NCBI GenBank assembly: GCA_040954595.2
Contig: CM082578.2
Location: 3,516,831 to 3,580,830 of the forward strand
DNA from: Balanoglossus misakiensis
Lineage: Eukaryota; Animalia; Hemichordata
Direction: 5' to 3'
Length of the DNA stretch: 64,000 bases
The position numbers and the translations under genes are program-made. Positions 45,945 to 59,135 of the stretch are shown in pieces; positions within the stretch are counted from its first letter, which is position 1, and every line of letters starts with the position of its first letter. The notes beneath the pieces were generated by a model. It made no database searches. It had not been told where the DNA came from and saw nothing but the letters and a program-made list of their open reading frames with translations.

Positions 45945-47226
45945 CTGCTTGATTTGACAGCAGCTTTTGACACTATTAATCACAAGGTATTGCTGTATCG
46001 TTTAGAACATAAGTTTGGTATTAAGGGCAAGGCACTTGCTTGGTTTGAGTCGTACTTATGTGATAGAACACAGATTGTGTGTATTGATGGTGTATTATCA
46101 GAGCCAAGTAATCTTGATTGTGGCGTCCCTCAAGGAAGTGGACTGGGCCCAATACTTTTTACACTGTATGCAGCACCATTAGAGGATATAATCATTAGAC
46201 ATGCTTTGGATCTTATGTTATTTGCTGACGATACTCAGTTGTATTTGATATGTGAACGTGCCACGGACTCGTCATTTATGGTTGAACATTGTATTGATGA
46301 TATTCGTCAATGGGTGATTGAAAATCGTTTGGTTTTAAATGATGCCAAGACAGAAGAGATCCATTTTCGTTCAAAATTTAAGAAATCTGTTGACCTGCCA
46401 TTTCTCAGAGTAGGGAATACTAATGTTACCACGTCTAGATCCGTCCGCGATCTTGGTGCTTATTTAAACCGCTTTGCAGATATGAGTACTCACATTGTCA
46501 AATTATGTCAGTCTGCGTCATTTGCTCTCCATAGAATTGGACGTATTAGAAATGTTTTAGATCGCTCAAACACTGAAAGACTTGTGCACGCTTTCGTTAC
46601 ATCACGCATAGATTACTGCAACAGTTTGCTGTTTGGTATCGAAGATAAGCACCTTCATAAACTTCAGTTACTTCAAAATTCTGCTGCACGTCTCGTCACA
46701 CGCACAAAAAGGCATGAGCATATCACACCAGTGAAACGGGAGCTACACTGGCTGCCTATCCATGCTAGAATCAATTTCAAAATTCTTCTTTTTGTCTATA
46801 AAATATTGCACAACCAAGCTCCTGCCTATCAGTCTGATCTGATCACAGTTCATGAACCTAAACGGTTGACACGCTCAGCGTTCACACCAACTTTGGAGCC
46901 AGTGAACTGGGAGCAGAAACACTTTGGTTACCGTTCATTTTCTAATGCAGCGCCAACTCTTTGGAATGTCTTACCAAAAGAAATTAGATTGTCACCAACC
47001 GTTGCTGCATTTAAGACATCTCTCAAAACTTACCTTTTTAAGAAGTACATGACTTAGTCACTGTTTTGTTATTTCTAATAACATTTTTATAAAGTTTTAA
47101 TGCCGAGTAGGCCATTTTATCAGTGTATCTTCACGGTTTTAATATTGTATTTTATGAGCTTAGTTGTTTTTTTTATTGTAAAGCGGTTTGATGTTTTTAC
47201 TGATGGAAATCGCTGTATAAAAATAA

Positions 47227-47263
<37 letters not shown>
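45945..47263 (+). mobile_element. 5'-truncated CR1/L2-group LINE (RT domain open) with (TAT)n tail
   Basis: AAFDTINH, GVPQGSGLGP, FADDTQLY, DYCNSLL and LHWLP motifs; AATAAA and TAT repeat at 47222-47263. Confidence 0.92.
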
Positions 47264-47266
<3 letters not shown>

Positions 47267-50200
47267 GTTAAGGGGTTTAAAGAATTATATAAACAATCTA
47301 TCAATTTAATAAGCACGGGTGGATTTCCTGTACAATCATTCGTGATACTTCAGATTCATAAAGACAACATTTTTCAAAGTGGCCTATGTATCTAAAATTG
47401 CAGACGACGTTTCAACGCTTTCGGTTGGAGATTTTCTACCTAATATTCACAAAAAGACCTCGGGTATTGTTAAACACTATTTAAAACCTTGTTACCCAGT
47501 GAGTCTGGTGGCGTGTGTACGACAGATCTGAGGTACAAAACTTCGCTCGAAACCCAACACGAGTTGGAGACCGAGTTTATTTACGTACAACATTGTAGCA
47601 ATTTTTCGTATGTTTGCGCGCGCTCTGAAATCACGCGATGTCAACTGAGTGTGAACGAGCTGTTTCGCGTCGTGTCGTCTGCCCAGTTTTCGTGGCTAAA
47701 ACGACAGGAATAATACCCCAGTTGGCTTTAGAATTGCACATATCATGAGATTTGAGCGCCATAGAAACCGCAGATATCGTGGAACAGGAAGGTTAGTGTT
47801 AAAATTATTGTTTTTAATCAAAGTATTGACCTCTGAGTTATGCTACGTTTGTGTCGGTGTCAAACGGACGCAATGTTTACAATGTACAAGGCAGCCAAAT
47901 AGAATCAGAGAAATGAAGAAATGTTATCACGATACTTTGGATTTCGTGTTATTATTTCTCGGGAATTTTATTGTTTTCTCAGACGAGGTGACAGGACAGA
48001 CACACGAGGCATCTCGCGGTTCCGTTTTCAATGTTGAATTTTATGTTTTGGCTGTATTTGCGTGTCAGCTGACAGGTCTTCGCATTCATCAGAAGCTATC
48101 GTGCGTCGCTGAGATTTGATTCTTCATAGACGAAAATTATTTCATAACCATACCAAATAAAACATTTCCAGAAATTTAGAAGTTTGCAGACTTTTCTGCT
48201 AGTTGTCTATTTAGTGTTGAAGTCACGCTGAACTGCCAACTTTAACACAGACTCGCTGTCAATACTCAACAGTGTACTTCTACGAGTGTGTCCTGTAACT
48301 GCCTTCCTTCAATAACCCATGTCATACAACAACAAATAGACGGTAAACGTTTATGCAATACCAATGAATTTATGTTTTAAAACTGGTCGACAGTCTGGAA
48401 ATGCATGAACAATCGATTGATTGGATTCCTTAACGATACTATTGTATCTTGTATTTTTTTGTAGTTACACTGTGGAAATCGGCAGGCAGCATTGCCAGTT
48501 TTTCTGCACATGCGCAGTTCCTCTGTCTTGAAAGAAAAGTCAAATTTCACCAACTTATTATTGTGCATTCGGAAAATAAACCCCAAATATTTTCTTTGTG
48601 AACAAAAATACTGCCAGTGTGATTTTGTGTTCAAATCCAACCAATTATTATGTAAATTGACTTGTGATACCCTCTCTTAGCACAAAAAGCATAATTTCAG
48701 CCCCAAAATGGTTGCCATAGAAACATGTGATCACTAAACGGATATCATTTTTGTTCTTATTGAGCCAAGAAACCCCTATGGTGAAATTTTTGTGGAAATC
48801 GGTCCTATTATTATTAAAATTATTATTTTTATATAATTCTTTATTTAATTACCAGTTAAGGGGTTTAAAGAATTATATAAACAATCTATCAATTTAATAA
48901 GCACGGGTGGATTTCCTGTACAATCATTCGTGATACTTCAGATTCATAAAGACAACATTTTTCAAAGTGGCCTATGTATCTAAAATTGCAGACGACGTTT
49001 CAACGCTTTCGGTTGGAGATTTTCTACCTAATATTCACAAAAAGACCTCGGGTATTGTTAAACACTATTTAAAACCTTGTTACCCGGTGAGTCTGGTGGC
49101 GTGTGTACGACAGATCTGAGGTACAAAACTTCGCTCGAAACCCAACACGAGTTGGAGACCGAGTTTATTTACGTACAACATTGTAGCAATTTTTCGTATG
49201 TTTGCGCGCGCTGTGGAATCACGCGATGTCAACTGAGTGTGAACGAGCTGTTTCGCGTCGTGTCGTCTGCCCAGTTTTCGTGGCTAAAACGACAGGAATA
49301 ACACCCCAGTTGGCTTTAGAATTGCACATATCATGAGATTTGAGCGCCATATAAACCGCAGATATCGTGGAACAGGAAGGTTAGTGTTAAAATTATTGTT
49401 TTTAATCAAAGTATTGACCTCTGAGTTATGCTACGTTTGTGTCGGTGTCAAACGGACGCAATGTTTACAATACAAGGCAGCCAAATAGAATCAGAGAAAT
49501 GAAGAAATGTTATCACGATATTTTGGATTTCGTGTTATTATTTCTCGGGAATTTTATTGTTTTCTCAGACGAGGTGACAGGACAGACACACGAGGCATCT
49601 CGCGGTTCCGTTTTCAATGTTGAATTTTATGTTTTGGCTGTATTTGCGTGTCAGCTGACAGGTCTTCGCATTCATCAGAAGCTATCGTGCGTCGCTGAGA
49701 TTTGATTCTTCATAGACGAAAATTATTTCATAACCATACCAAATAAAACATTTCCAGAAATTTAGAAGTTTGCAGACTTTTCTTCTAGTTGTCTATTTAG
49801 TGTTGAAGTCACGCTGAACTGCCAAATTTAACACAGACTCGCTGTCAATACTCAAACAGTGTACTTCTACGAGTGTGTCCTGTAACTGCCTTCATTCAAT
49901 AACCCATGTCATACAACAACAAATAGACGGTAAACGTTTATGCAATACCAATGAATTTATGTTTTAAAACTGGTCGACAGTCTGGAATTTTTTTGTAGTT
50001 ACACTGTGGAAATCGGCAGGCTGCATTGCCAGTTTTTCTGCACATGCGCAGTTCCTCTGTCTTGAAAGAAAAGTCAAATTTCACCAACTTATTATTGTGC
50101 ATTCGGAAAATAAACCCCAAATGTTTTCTTTGTGAACAAAAATACTGCCAGTGTGATTTTGTGTTCGAATCCAACCAATTATTATGTAAATTGACTTGTG

Positions 50201-50390
50201 ATACCCTCTCTTAGCACAAAAAGCATAATTTCAGCCCCAAAATGGTTGCCATAGAAACATGACTATCACTAAACGGATATCATTTTTGTTCTTATTGAGC
50301 CAAGATACCCCTATGGTGAATTTTTTGTGGAAATCGGACCTATTATTATTAAAATTATTATTTTTATATAATTCTTTATTTAATTATTAT
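47261..50390. repeat. Tandem duplication of a ~1.59-kb unit (copy 1 47261-48848, copy 2 48849-~50390)
   Basis: Near-identical sequence and duplicated ORFs (47489/49077, 48377/49938); copy 2 lacks about 50 bp near 49990. Confidence 0.92.
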
Positions 50391-50399
50391 TATTTTGAT

Positions 50400-51253
50400 T
50401 CCAGAACCAAGTTTGCGTTATATAGTCAAGGTGATCTTGTATGGTTAGAGGACTCAGCGAATGCAAGACGGAAGTTGGCACCGAAATGGAAGGGTCCATA
50501 CAAATATTCAAATGTATGGATGAAGATGGAATTAAATATCAGGTGATTGACATTAACAGTCAGCGAAGTCATCCAAAAACTGTACACTTTAACAGAATGA
50601 AGCCCTATAGAACACCTCCAGACATACAAGACACCCAGAACACTATCTGTCCAGCCTATACAGCTTTATCTGGGTCATTACCACGGCAACCAGGTGCGAT
50701 CACATCCAGCCCTGTATCATCTGAGCAACAGAATACACAACCGTGTGTGACGCCACCACCAGCGAGATGTCCAGCATCATCATCACCCGGAACACCAGAA
50801 GTTGATCCATCGTCATCACCTCAACCTACACCTAGCCATCAGCCATTGGAAATGCCTGTTATTCAGAGATCGAGAGAAGCTCCACATCCTTACCAATATC
50901 AGAGGGAACGAGCACCAGGGAAAAGAAGAATCAAGCCACCAAGATATTTACAGGACTATGTACCAAAATGAATTGATCCATGAACTTAACTGATATTACA
51001 ATATTTGATTTTGTTACTGAGTTGTAATTTGATGTTTTGTACTGTAATTTCAATTTATAAGAAACGAGGACGTTTCTAAAAATGGGCCCATAGTTGTGTA
51101 AGACTGCAAATTAACATACTTCATTTTGTAGGCCCTTTTGCACTTTGCATGTTAACTATACCTACATCTGTTTTCGAATATAAAAGCCACAAACCTGTTT
51201 GGAGTGGGTTGCCACTCTACAACTCTGACCCGTCTGAGGCTGTCTGTCTTACA
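50400..51253 (+). mobile_element. Gypsy 3' remnant: integrase C-terminus plus a 157-bp LTR (51097-51253)
   Basis: GDLVWL...KLAPKWKGPY, VHFNRMKPY and RRIKPPRYLQDYV; LTR TGTAAGAC...GTCTTACA. Confidence 0.82.
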
Positions 51254-51258
51254 CTAGC

Positions 51259-51990
51259 CTATTGGATGACCAAGTTTATTGCCAGAAAATGGAAAGTAAT
51301 ATTTTAACGTGGCTTCATGAATATACTGATTACTCTGGAGATCTTTGTATGATTTGGGATCTTGTTAAAATGGAAATTCGCAAGTTTACTATGTCATATT
51401 CAATGAAGAAATCGAGGGAAAGAAAAGAAAAAAAATTAAATCTTGAAAAAAAGCTTCATGGAATGGATGAATTGCTGAGTGATAATCCAAATGACGAAAA
51501 CCGTGCAAAGTATGAAGAAACCAAACAACAGTACGAGAAGATGATTGAGTATGAAACAAAAGGTGCAATTATTAGATCAAAAATCAGATGGCATGAAGAG
51601 GGAGAGAAAGGTTCAAAATATTTCCTGAATTTAGATAAAAGAAATAACAAGAAAAACATATTAGGAAACTCTATACCGGAAGTTCAATTTGCAGACGATA
51701 CAACTGCTTTTTTACAAAATGAACATTCTGTTGCCAATTTTATGGCTGTCAAGGATAACTTTACACAATGCCCTGGTCTCTGTGTGAACAGAGACAAGAC
51801 ATCTGGTTTCTGGTTTGGCAAAGATAGGGACAGAACAGACAGTCCCATTGGTTTAAAAGTTACAAAGATTTTCAAAGCACTTGGTGTGCACTTTTCCTAC
51901 AATATCTCAGAAGCGAATAAGCTGAACTTTTATGATAAATTCAGAAGTGTCAAACAAACACGTGCAATGTGCAAATATCAACTTAAACCG
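51259..51990 (+). mobile_element. L1/Tx1-clade LINE ORF2, 3' segment with internal deletion
   Basis: WDLVKMEIR, GAIIRSKIRWHEEGEKGSKYF, then a jump to QFADDTT; joins the 5' segment in frame (NDL|LDDQVY). Confidence 0.85.
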
Positions 51991-52249
51991 GTCTGTAATG
52001 TATCTTGGTATTCTTAAATAACGCAATTTCGTGATGATAAACTACATTATTTTACAAGCTAAGTTCTTCTTACATACCTGTAAACAAAATCTACCAACTT
52101 TTGAGGTGTTTCTATCATTTTTGAGCTGTAAACCAAGCACATTCCTTGTTGTGTAATTTTGTAGTTTCTGTGTTTGTAATTTTGTTTTGTATCTATGTTA
52201 TGTGTTTGCATATTTATAAATAATAAAAAAAAATGGTATAGTTGTACTC

Positions 52250-53680
52250 TTTCCTTTATCATCCCCGACCCTTTACACCGCCTGAGTGTTTTTTAATGGT
52301 ACATTCTGGCAAAACATTTCCGCCGATAATCGCTGATTTCATGGAAGAAAATCATGTTTTTGCTCCAAGTTGGCTATATGAAAAGCATTCGATGGGTAAA
52401 GATTAACAGATGTACATCTCTCTGCCTCAAGCAAACTCATCACTGTAGTGACGTCATCCGCCTCCGTCATGACGAGCCTGTCGCCTCCTGCTAACATTGC
52501 TGCTACCATGATATCAAATGAAACAAAAAAGCAAGGTACATAAACTAGGTGACTCGCAGTCTCCCCTCCTTGAAGCTGAGCCAGGATTATGTACAGGAAG
52601 ATGAACGTTTCCACCAGTCCATGGTGAGAATGGACTACAGCCGTTGAATCCCCCGTGCTGCCAGAGGTGAATATAATCAAAGCATAGTCGTCAGACTGGA
52701 CTTCCATTTGTACGGTCTCCAGTTGTGAATCCGCCGAAGGGACGAGTATGAGGTCACGAAACGCGAGCCATGCACCCATCTTCTCCGTTGAGTCAACGCT
52801 GATTAAACAACGGACACTTGGAAGTAGCTTGGGAGTATAAAGGCTAGACGCTTCATCCACTCCAGGAACTCACTCAGCGATGTTGGGAAGACAATTGTTG
52901 TCCGCTACCAATACAGCACAACTATGTTATTGATCTGTTTTACGAGGTCCTCTGATTTTAGAGATGAGTCGAACACAAACCAGTCCAGCTTTGACAGCTT
53001 CCATGTAACCGACATATTCGTATCGCCTACCAACTATAGCAGTCCCATACCTTTCACCTCTTCGCAGACCGAGCTCCGTCAAATCATTGTGTGACAATAG
53101 CTTCTTGTCAACTTCGTTGTCGTCGCAATAATTTGTGAAGTCATTTTGAAAGTTTAAGTGGCCTCCTAAATTACCTGTTTGGGTTAAGTCTGAATTGAAA
53201 GAAAAATAAACACAGTTATATTTAAGTGTTCCCATTTTCTGCCAATTAATAATAAAAGAACTCAATTCAAATATAAACCCTCCGGGGTCAAGAGTACAAG
53301 AATAAGGTGATAAGGTCATTACTGGGGCCCGAATTGATCAACACGAATATACCGTACCTTCTCATTTTTAACTAAAACTTCGTCGTCCAAGGGAATAGTT
53401 CTCCGTCAATTCAACACCCAGATGACATTGTGGGAGTTAAATCATGCATGCCAACATTGTTCTACTCACCTCAGAGTTTTACCACTGCGTGATTTACAGT
53501 ATACAGTCGACTGCGAACGCATGCATCAATTGGCTTTTGACACCGACCTGACCTGCCGATCACGTACCGTACCTGATGTGTACGATCACTCCAAACCAAT
53601 GAGAATCTCTATATATACACAGCTGTATATATGTCAGTCCTGTATTGGCTGACAGGAAAGGAGTGCGAACTTCATCCTTT
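52250..53680 (-). pseudogene. Decayed tandem duplicate of the acyl-CoA synthetase gene including upstream region
   Basis: 52339-52920 is nearly identical to ~54900-55480; deletions and frameshifts elsewhere; 53150-53680 parallels 55870-56590. Confidence 0.88.
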
Positions 53681-53709
53681 TCACTTCTGCTTTATCTTAG
53701 GCCAGTGTG

Positions 53710-53786
53710 GGCCTAGCTGCAATAATTGTAGCCTTGGTGGTCTGGACCAACCAGCCCACCAAGGCTACAATTATTGTAGCTAGTCT
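53710..53786. repeat. Short hairpin/MITE-like palindrome
   Basis: CTAGCTGCAATAATTGTAGCCTTGGTGG ... CCACCAAGGCTACAATTATTGTAGCTAG. Confidence 0.75.
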
Positions 53787-54196
53787 GGGCCCATATACTT
53801 GAAAGTGTGACCACAATTTATCGTACTTTCGTCAATCCTCTGCCTGGACGATGTACTACGCAAACTCACTCGAACATTCAGAAAGTAATACTACTACAGA
53901 CAGGAACAATTTTGGATATTCTCCCGTTTGACAGGGTTATTTTTATTTCGATTTCACAACAGTTAGTCTACAGATGCTATTTTGCTTAAAAACAAGATGG
54001 CCGCTACTGTTTACCGAACATATTTTCTATGAATTTGTATGAGATTTCTGCAATCCCTTAAAACACATGAAACTTTTTAAGTGCACATCTTTGTAATATC
54101 ACGTAAATTTGAAAACTTGGATTATTGGATCAGAAGTAGTCAGTGCGACTTAGTTTGTTAGCTTAACATTTGTCTTGTTGAGCATGACTACTCAAA

Positions 54197-55870
54197 TTAT
54201 ATCCGGTCGGACGCCATTTTTGACAAGACGCCTCGTTTGGTCTTTCCACTGTTAGTTTTTGGGAAACTGTCAAAGAATAGAACATATTTTGGAAGGAAAA
54301 ACACATCCACTTTCTCTTTTAACAGCGCCAACAACTCCTCGCGCGTACATTCTTCATTTGGTCGAAGAATGACACACAGGCAAATCTCGTTGATCATTTC
54401 CTCATCTGGTACTGCAACAGCGTGACAGAATTGCACCTTAGAATGACCAATAACATGTCTCTCTAGTTCAATAGGATATATTTTCCTCGTGTTCTTCATA
54501 ATGCAGTCATCCTTCCTCCCCAACACGCGAATTCTTCCATCCTCAAGCATGATTCCTACGTCTCCAGTAATAAACCATCCCGACTCTGTTTTCACGGTCT
54601 TTGTCTTCTCGTCGTCTCCCATGTAATGCGAAAAGATATTTGGACCACGAATACAGATTTCCCCTTCGGTATTGATCGGCACAATTCGGAATTCTTCGTC
54701 AACTATTTTGATCTCCGAATGTGGAACTGGTCGGCCAACTGTTGTGCATTTTTCGTCGATGGGGTCACTTGCTAGATGATATGTGTGAAGAAGAGCTTCT
54801 GTACTGCCGTATGTATTTTGTACGTTAGGGGTCATAACACACATTAACTTTTTAAGGGTAGCTTCTGGCAAAACATTTCCACCAATAATCGCTGATTTCA
54901 TGGAAGAAAAATCACGTTTTTGCTCCAAGTTGGCTATATGAAAAGCATGTGATGGGTAAAGATTAACAGATGTACATCTCTCTGCCTCAAGCAAACTCAT
55001 CACTGTAGTGACGTCATCCGCCTCCGTCATGACGAGCCTGTCGCCTCCTGCTAACATTGCTGCTACCATGATATCGAATGAAACAAAAAAGCAAGGTACA
55101 TAAACTAGGTGACTCGCAGTCTCCCCTCCTTGAAGCTGAGCCAGGATTATGTACAGGAAGATGAACATTTCCACCAGTCCATGGTGAGAATGGACTACAG
55201 CCTTTGAATCCCCCGTGCTGCCAGAGGTGAATATAATCAAAGCATAGTCGTCAGACTGGACTTCCATTTGTACGGTCTCCAGTTGTGAATCCGCCGAAGG
55301 GACGAGTATGAGGTCACGAAACGCGAGCCATGCACCCATCTTTTCCGTTGAGTCAACATTGATTAAACAACGGACACTTGGAAGTAGCTTGGGGGTATAA
55401 ACGCTAGACGCTTCATCCACTCCAGGAACTAACTCAGCGATGTTGGGAAGACAATTGTTGTCCACTACCAATACAGCACATCTGGTTTTAGTGATCTGTT
55501 TTGCGAGGTCCTCTGATTTTAGGGATGTATCGAGTCGAACACAGACCAGTCCAGCTTTGACTGCTCCCAAGTAACCCACGACATATTCGTATCGCCTTCC
55601 AACTAGCAGTCCCAACCTTTCACCTCTTCGCAGACCGAGCTCCATCAAACCAGAAGCCAGCCCATCAACCTGACGTCTCAACTCTTTGAAAGTTATTCGC
55701 TTGACGGAACCATTCTTTCGGTAGTCAGTTATTGCTTCTCTGCCAGGATAACAATCGCTGGTTAAATCAAACAGTTGGCCGAGGGTCTTTCCACAAAATC
55801 TTCGCTGACCTGGTGTATGGCAGTAGCTTCTCGTCAACTTCGTAGTCGTCGCAATAATTTGTGAAGCCAT
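54197..55870 (-). CDS. Acyl-CoA synthetase (ANL/AMP-binding family, ACSF2-like), intronless CDS, 557 aa
   Basis: IIFTSGSTGDSK, YGSTE, TGDVG, GRKDD and PKTNSGK motifs; 5'-UTR intron acceptor at ~55901. Confidence 0.9.
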   Translation of the reverse strand: MASQIIATTTKLTRSYCHTPGQRRFCGKTLGQLFDLTSDCYPGREAITDYRKNGSVKRITFKELRRQVDGLASGLMELGLRRGERLGLLVGRRYEYVVGYLGAVKAGLVCVRLDTSLKSEDLAKQITKTRCAVLVVDNNCLPNIAELVPGVDEASSVYTPKLLPSVRCLINVDSTEKMGAWLAFRDLILVPSADSQLETVQMEVQSDDYALIIFTSGSTGDSKAVVHSHHGLVEMFIFLYIILAQLQGGETASHLVYVPCFFVSFDIMVAAMLAGGDRLVMTEADDVTTVMSLLEAERCTSVNLYPSHAFHIANLEQKRDFSSMKSAIIGGNVLPEATLKKLMCVMTPNVQNTYGSTEALLHTYHLASDPIDEKCTTVGRPVPHSEIKIVDEEFRIVPINTEGEICIRGPNIFSHYMGDDEKTKTVKTESGWFITGDVGIMLEDGRIRVLGRKDDCIMKNTRKIYPIELERHVIGHSKVQFCHAVAVPDEEMINEICLCVILRPNEECTREELLALLKEKVDVFFLPKYVLFFDSFPKTNSGKTKRGVLSKMASDRI

Positions 55871-58270
55871 TTTGAAAGTTGAATGTGCGTCCTAAATTAC
55901 CTGTTTGAATTGAATAAAAAGTACTAGTATAAACACAGTAATATTTTAGTGTTCCCATTTTGTGCTTGTTAATAATAAAAGAATCAATTGAACTATAGAC
56001 CCTCCGGGGTCAATAGTACTAGAATGAGGTGAAAAAGTCACTGTTGGGATCGGAGTTGATCATCCACCGACATAGGCTATACACAATTCTCATTTCGAAC
56101 GGAAGCTTCATCGTCCAAGGTAATTTTTCTCCGTCAGTCCAATACCCAATGTTTTTCACCACTGATTTGTTAGATATGACGGGAAAGAATAATAGTAGAC
56201 TATATGCATCTCATGCAGTTGCCGTTGATCAGACCGTGTTTGACGAACGTGAGAAGCGTAAGAGCACTAACCCAATCCACAAAAGGAATTATAATTATAG
56301 TGGAAGAGTAAGAAATTTCTCCCAAATAGGATACAGCACCCAGATGGCATTTTGGGAATAAAATCATGTTAGCATTGTTCTACTCACCTCAGAGTTTTAT
56401 CACTGCGTGATTTACAGTATATGGTACAATCGTCTGCGCACGCGTGCACTGGCTTTTGACACCGACCTGACCTGCCGATCACCGTTCATGATGTATCTGG
56501 TTACTCCCAACCAATGATAATCTCTAAATACACACAGCTGTACACATGTCAGTCCTTTATTGGCTGACATGAAGCAGAGCGAACTTCATGATTGGCCATT
56601 TTTACACCAGGTATTGTCGAAGTCTTTCAAATCAGAAATGCACTCCTGTGCAATCAGTTGCAAAGAATGCGGCCCGGTTGTTATTTGTACATCATTGCAA
56701 ACAAAGCGTCGTTACTTTTTATCACATTTCTAAGTTACTTTGATCATAGACCCTCGAGAAAAACAGGACAGGAAACAACGCCTCTTTCTTTGTAGTCACT
56801 TGGGTGGAATACATTAACTAGTGTTTGCACAGGTGTTGGCCTCCGCCCGCTTATCTAATCCCATTTACGGCCTGAATAACGCGAAATCCCGCGAAACACG
56901 AGACGAGATCATGCGAAACACCTCAAATCACGCATTTCTCGAGATTTCATGAGACGTGAACAGCCTGGATTGTTTACACCACTAGCACTGACAGAAATGG
57001 CCGCTATCTGCCACAGCGATGACGACGAGTTTGTGGACGTTTTCTCTGAGGAAGACACAAATGGGTGTTCAGATAGCGATGTAAGCGAAGACGAAACCCG
57101 TTCAGAAGACACAAAACCATTTTCGACCTCAACTGGCCGCCGAAATTTGCGGTATTTAGACCAGTACATGACCTCAAATGCGGAAGTATCCTATGCAGTG
57201 TGTGTGATCATGGAGGTACTCTCTAGTACCTCCATGGTGTGATAAAGCGTTCAAAACTAAACAAGGCTGCAAGAATCATTTATTAAATGGACACAAACTA
57301 CAAGGTAAGCATTTTAGGAGAGATACTGAAAAGGAGTCAGCCATTCAGGATTTATTAGGTGCACTAGCTGTCACTTCCGAGCATAAATTCTTTCGAGTTC
57401 TACAATGTACCATTATTGTTGCTGGCATCATTAACAATAGAAAGATCCATTGACCCACGCCATTAAAAAGTACAGGCTGGATATGAATGCAAGTTTCAAA
57501 ATGTAAACCGCTGATTCAGCTAAGATAAGTTAGAAAAACTCCTTCGCCAAGATTTGAAGTGGTAATTTTAGTGTTATTTTCAATAATAACTTTATGTGGG
57601 GTTTGACAAACAGCGTGAGAAGACATATCCGAATCAGTCATGAATATTAAAAATAAAAACTACTTTTGCTTAAAAATGGAAGACAATGTCAAAATGACTA
57701 TCGATTGGTCAACTTTCAGAACCATCCCAAGGAACACAAGCACCAAGTAGTCAAGAGGAGAAGATAACCAAAGACAAAAGAAAGAAGAGAGAATACAGTA
57801 AGTACACCTATGTAGCTAGCAGTATTGTGCATGTAACCGTGGTCAACATGATTAATTTGTAGACAAACAATTTCTGTACCAGATGCTGATTGTGGTTTCC
57901 CGTGTGTAGTTGACAATAGAATACTGGGTTGGTAAAGCATAAAGGTTGGACCTGACTCTTATTATGGGCAAACTAAAGCACTCATTTCAGTTGATTATCT
58001 AACATTCATGACGAAGGTATCAGCCGTGTTTTTGTTTGTTTGTTTTTTCACTTAATTTAACATTCATGATGAAAGTATCAGCTGTGTTTTTGTTTCACTT
58101 TATAAGCCCTAAAATAAGAAGAGGTCATTCATATTCAAGACAGGGGGCTTTTAACTTCAAGATTGTCTACTACATGATACATAATGCCAGACAGTTGTGC
58201 CTTGCAGTCAATTTAGATATGTAAGTTTCAGTGTTACTTACCATCCATTACATGTGTAATATTTTTTGTT

Positions 58271-58825
58271 ATGTCAGGAAAACGACCCTTGCCTACATAT
58301 ACCAAAGAAAATGCTGTAAATGAAGCTGGACATCTCCTCAGTGTGACAATGTGTCAACTACTGTCAAGAGACTACATAAAAAATGGAGGTTTTGCTAAGA
58401 GTATAGTTGCTTTCCAAGATGTGTTGAAGGCATTACATGAAGCAGCTGTTGAAGATCCAGGTTGTATCTTAAAAGACATGACATGCCTCATTGGCATTTT
58501 GTGGCCAGCAATTGTGGCAGGTGATGGGTGTTTTTTCTCATGTGCACGACGGGAGGCAGTCTTCAAGAAATTTCATCAGCTGAGAATTTCAGTGGAACTA
58601 AGAAAAGCAATCACAGCTCTCTGTGCCAAAGCAAATAAATGTGTGACAAATTCTCAGAAAACTATGATAGCCAATAGTATATTTGAGACGATTCTTCTAA
58701 GGAGAGAGAAAGTTGAACGAGACTTTGATTGTGCTGAATTAAAGCTGGACAATGTCGAAGAGAACATCCTTCGCTATTCGTGTGGTTATATACCAATGGC
58801 ACTGATAGTGTGGTATGAATATTGA
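58271..58825 (+). pseudogene. Probable DNA-transposon-associated protein fragment
   Basis: 184-aa frame ending EENILRYSCGYIPMAL (E.N.L.Y..GY-type motif), cut off by a repeat. Confidence 0.4.
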
Positions 58826-59135
58826 TGTGTATTCCCGTAGGATTTTTGTGCTAAAATTGATTTTGTTGTTGTTTTGGCTTCTATGGGGACCCAAATACCC
58901 GAAAATGATGGGGTGCAATTTTAAGGGCCCCTCCGTCATATTTTTCTGGGGGGGGGTACTTCCGTTTTGTGGTATGATGTGTATTCCCGTAGGATTTTTG
59001 TGCTAAAATTGATTGTTTTTGCTGCTTTGGCTCTAATGGGGACCCAACTACCCAAAAATGACGAGGTGCAATTTTTAGGGCCCCTCCATCATATTTTTCT
59101 GGGGGGGGGGGGGTACTTCCGTTTTGTGGTATGAT
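58822..59135. repeat. ~152-bp tandem duplication within an interspersed repeat
   Basis: GATGTGTATTCCCGTAGGATTTTTGTGC occurs at ~58824 and ~58976. Confidence 0.8.

Noticed and set aside
47489-50214. Paired ORFs as duplicated genes
   Set aside because: Products of the 1.59-kb tandem duplication of an apparently non-coding repeat; no domains.
54197-55870. Firefly-type luciferase or NRPS adenylation domain
   Set aside because: Only generic ANL motifs are visible; there is no carrier domain or diagnostic feature supporting a specific call.
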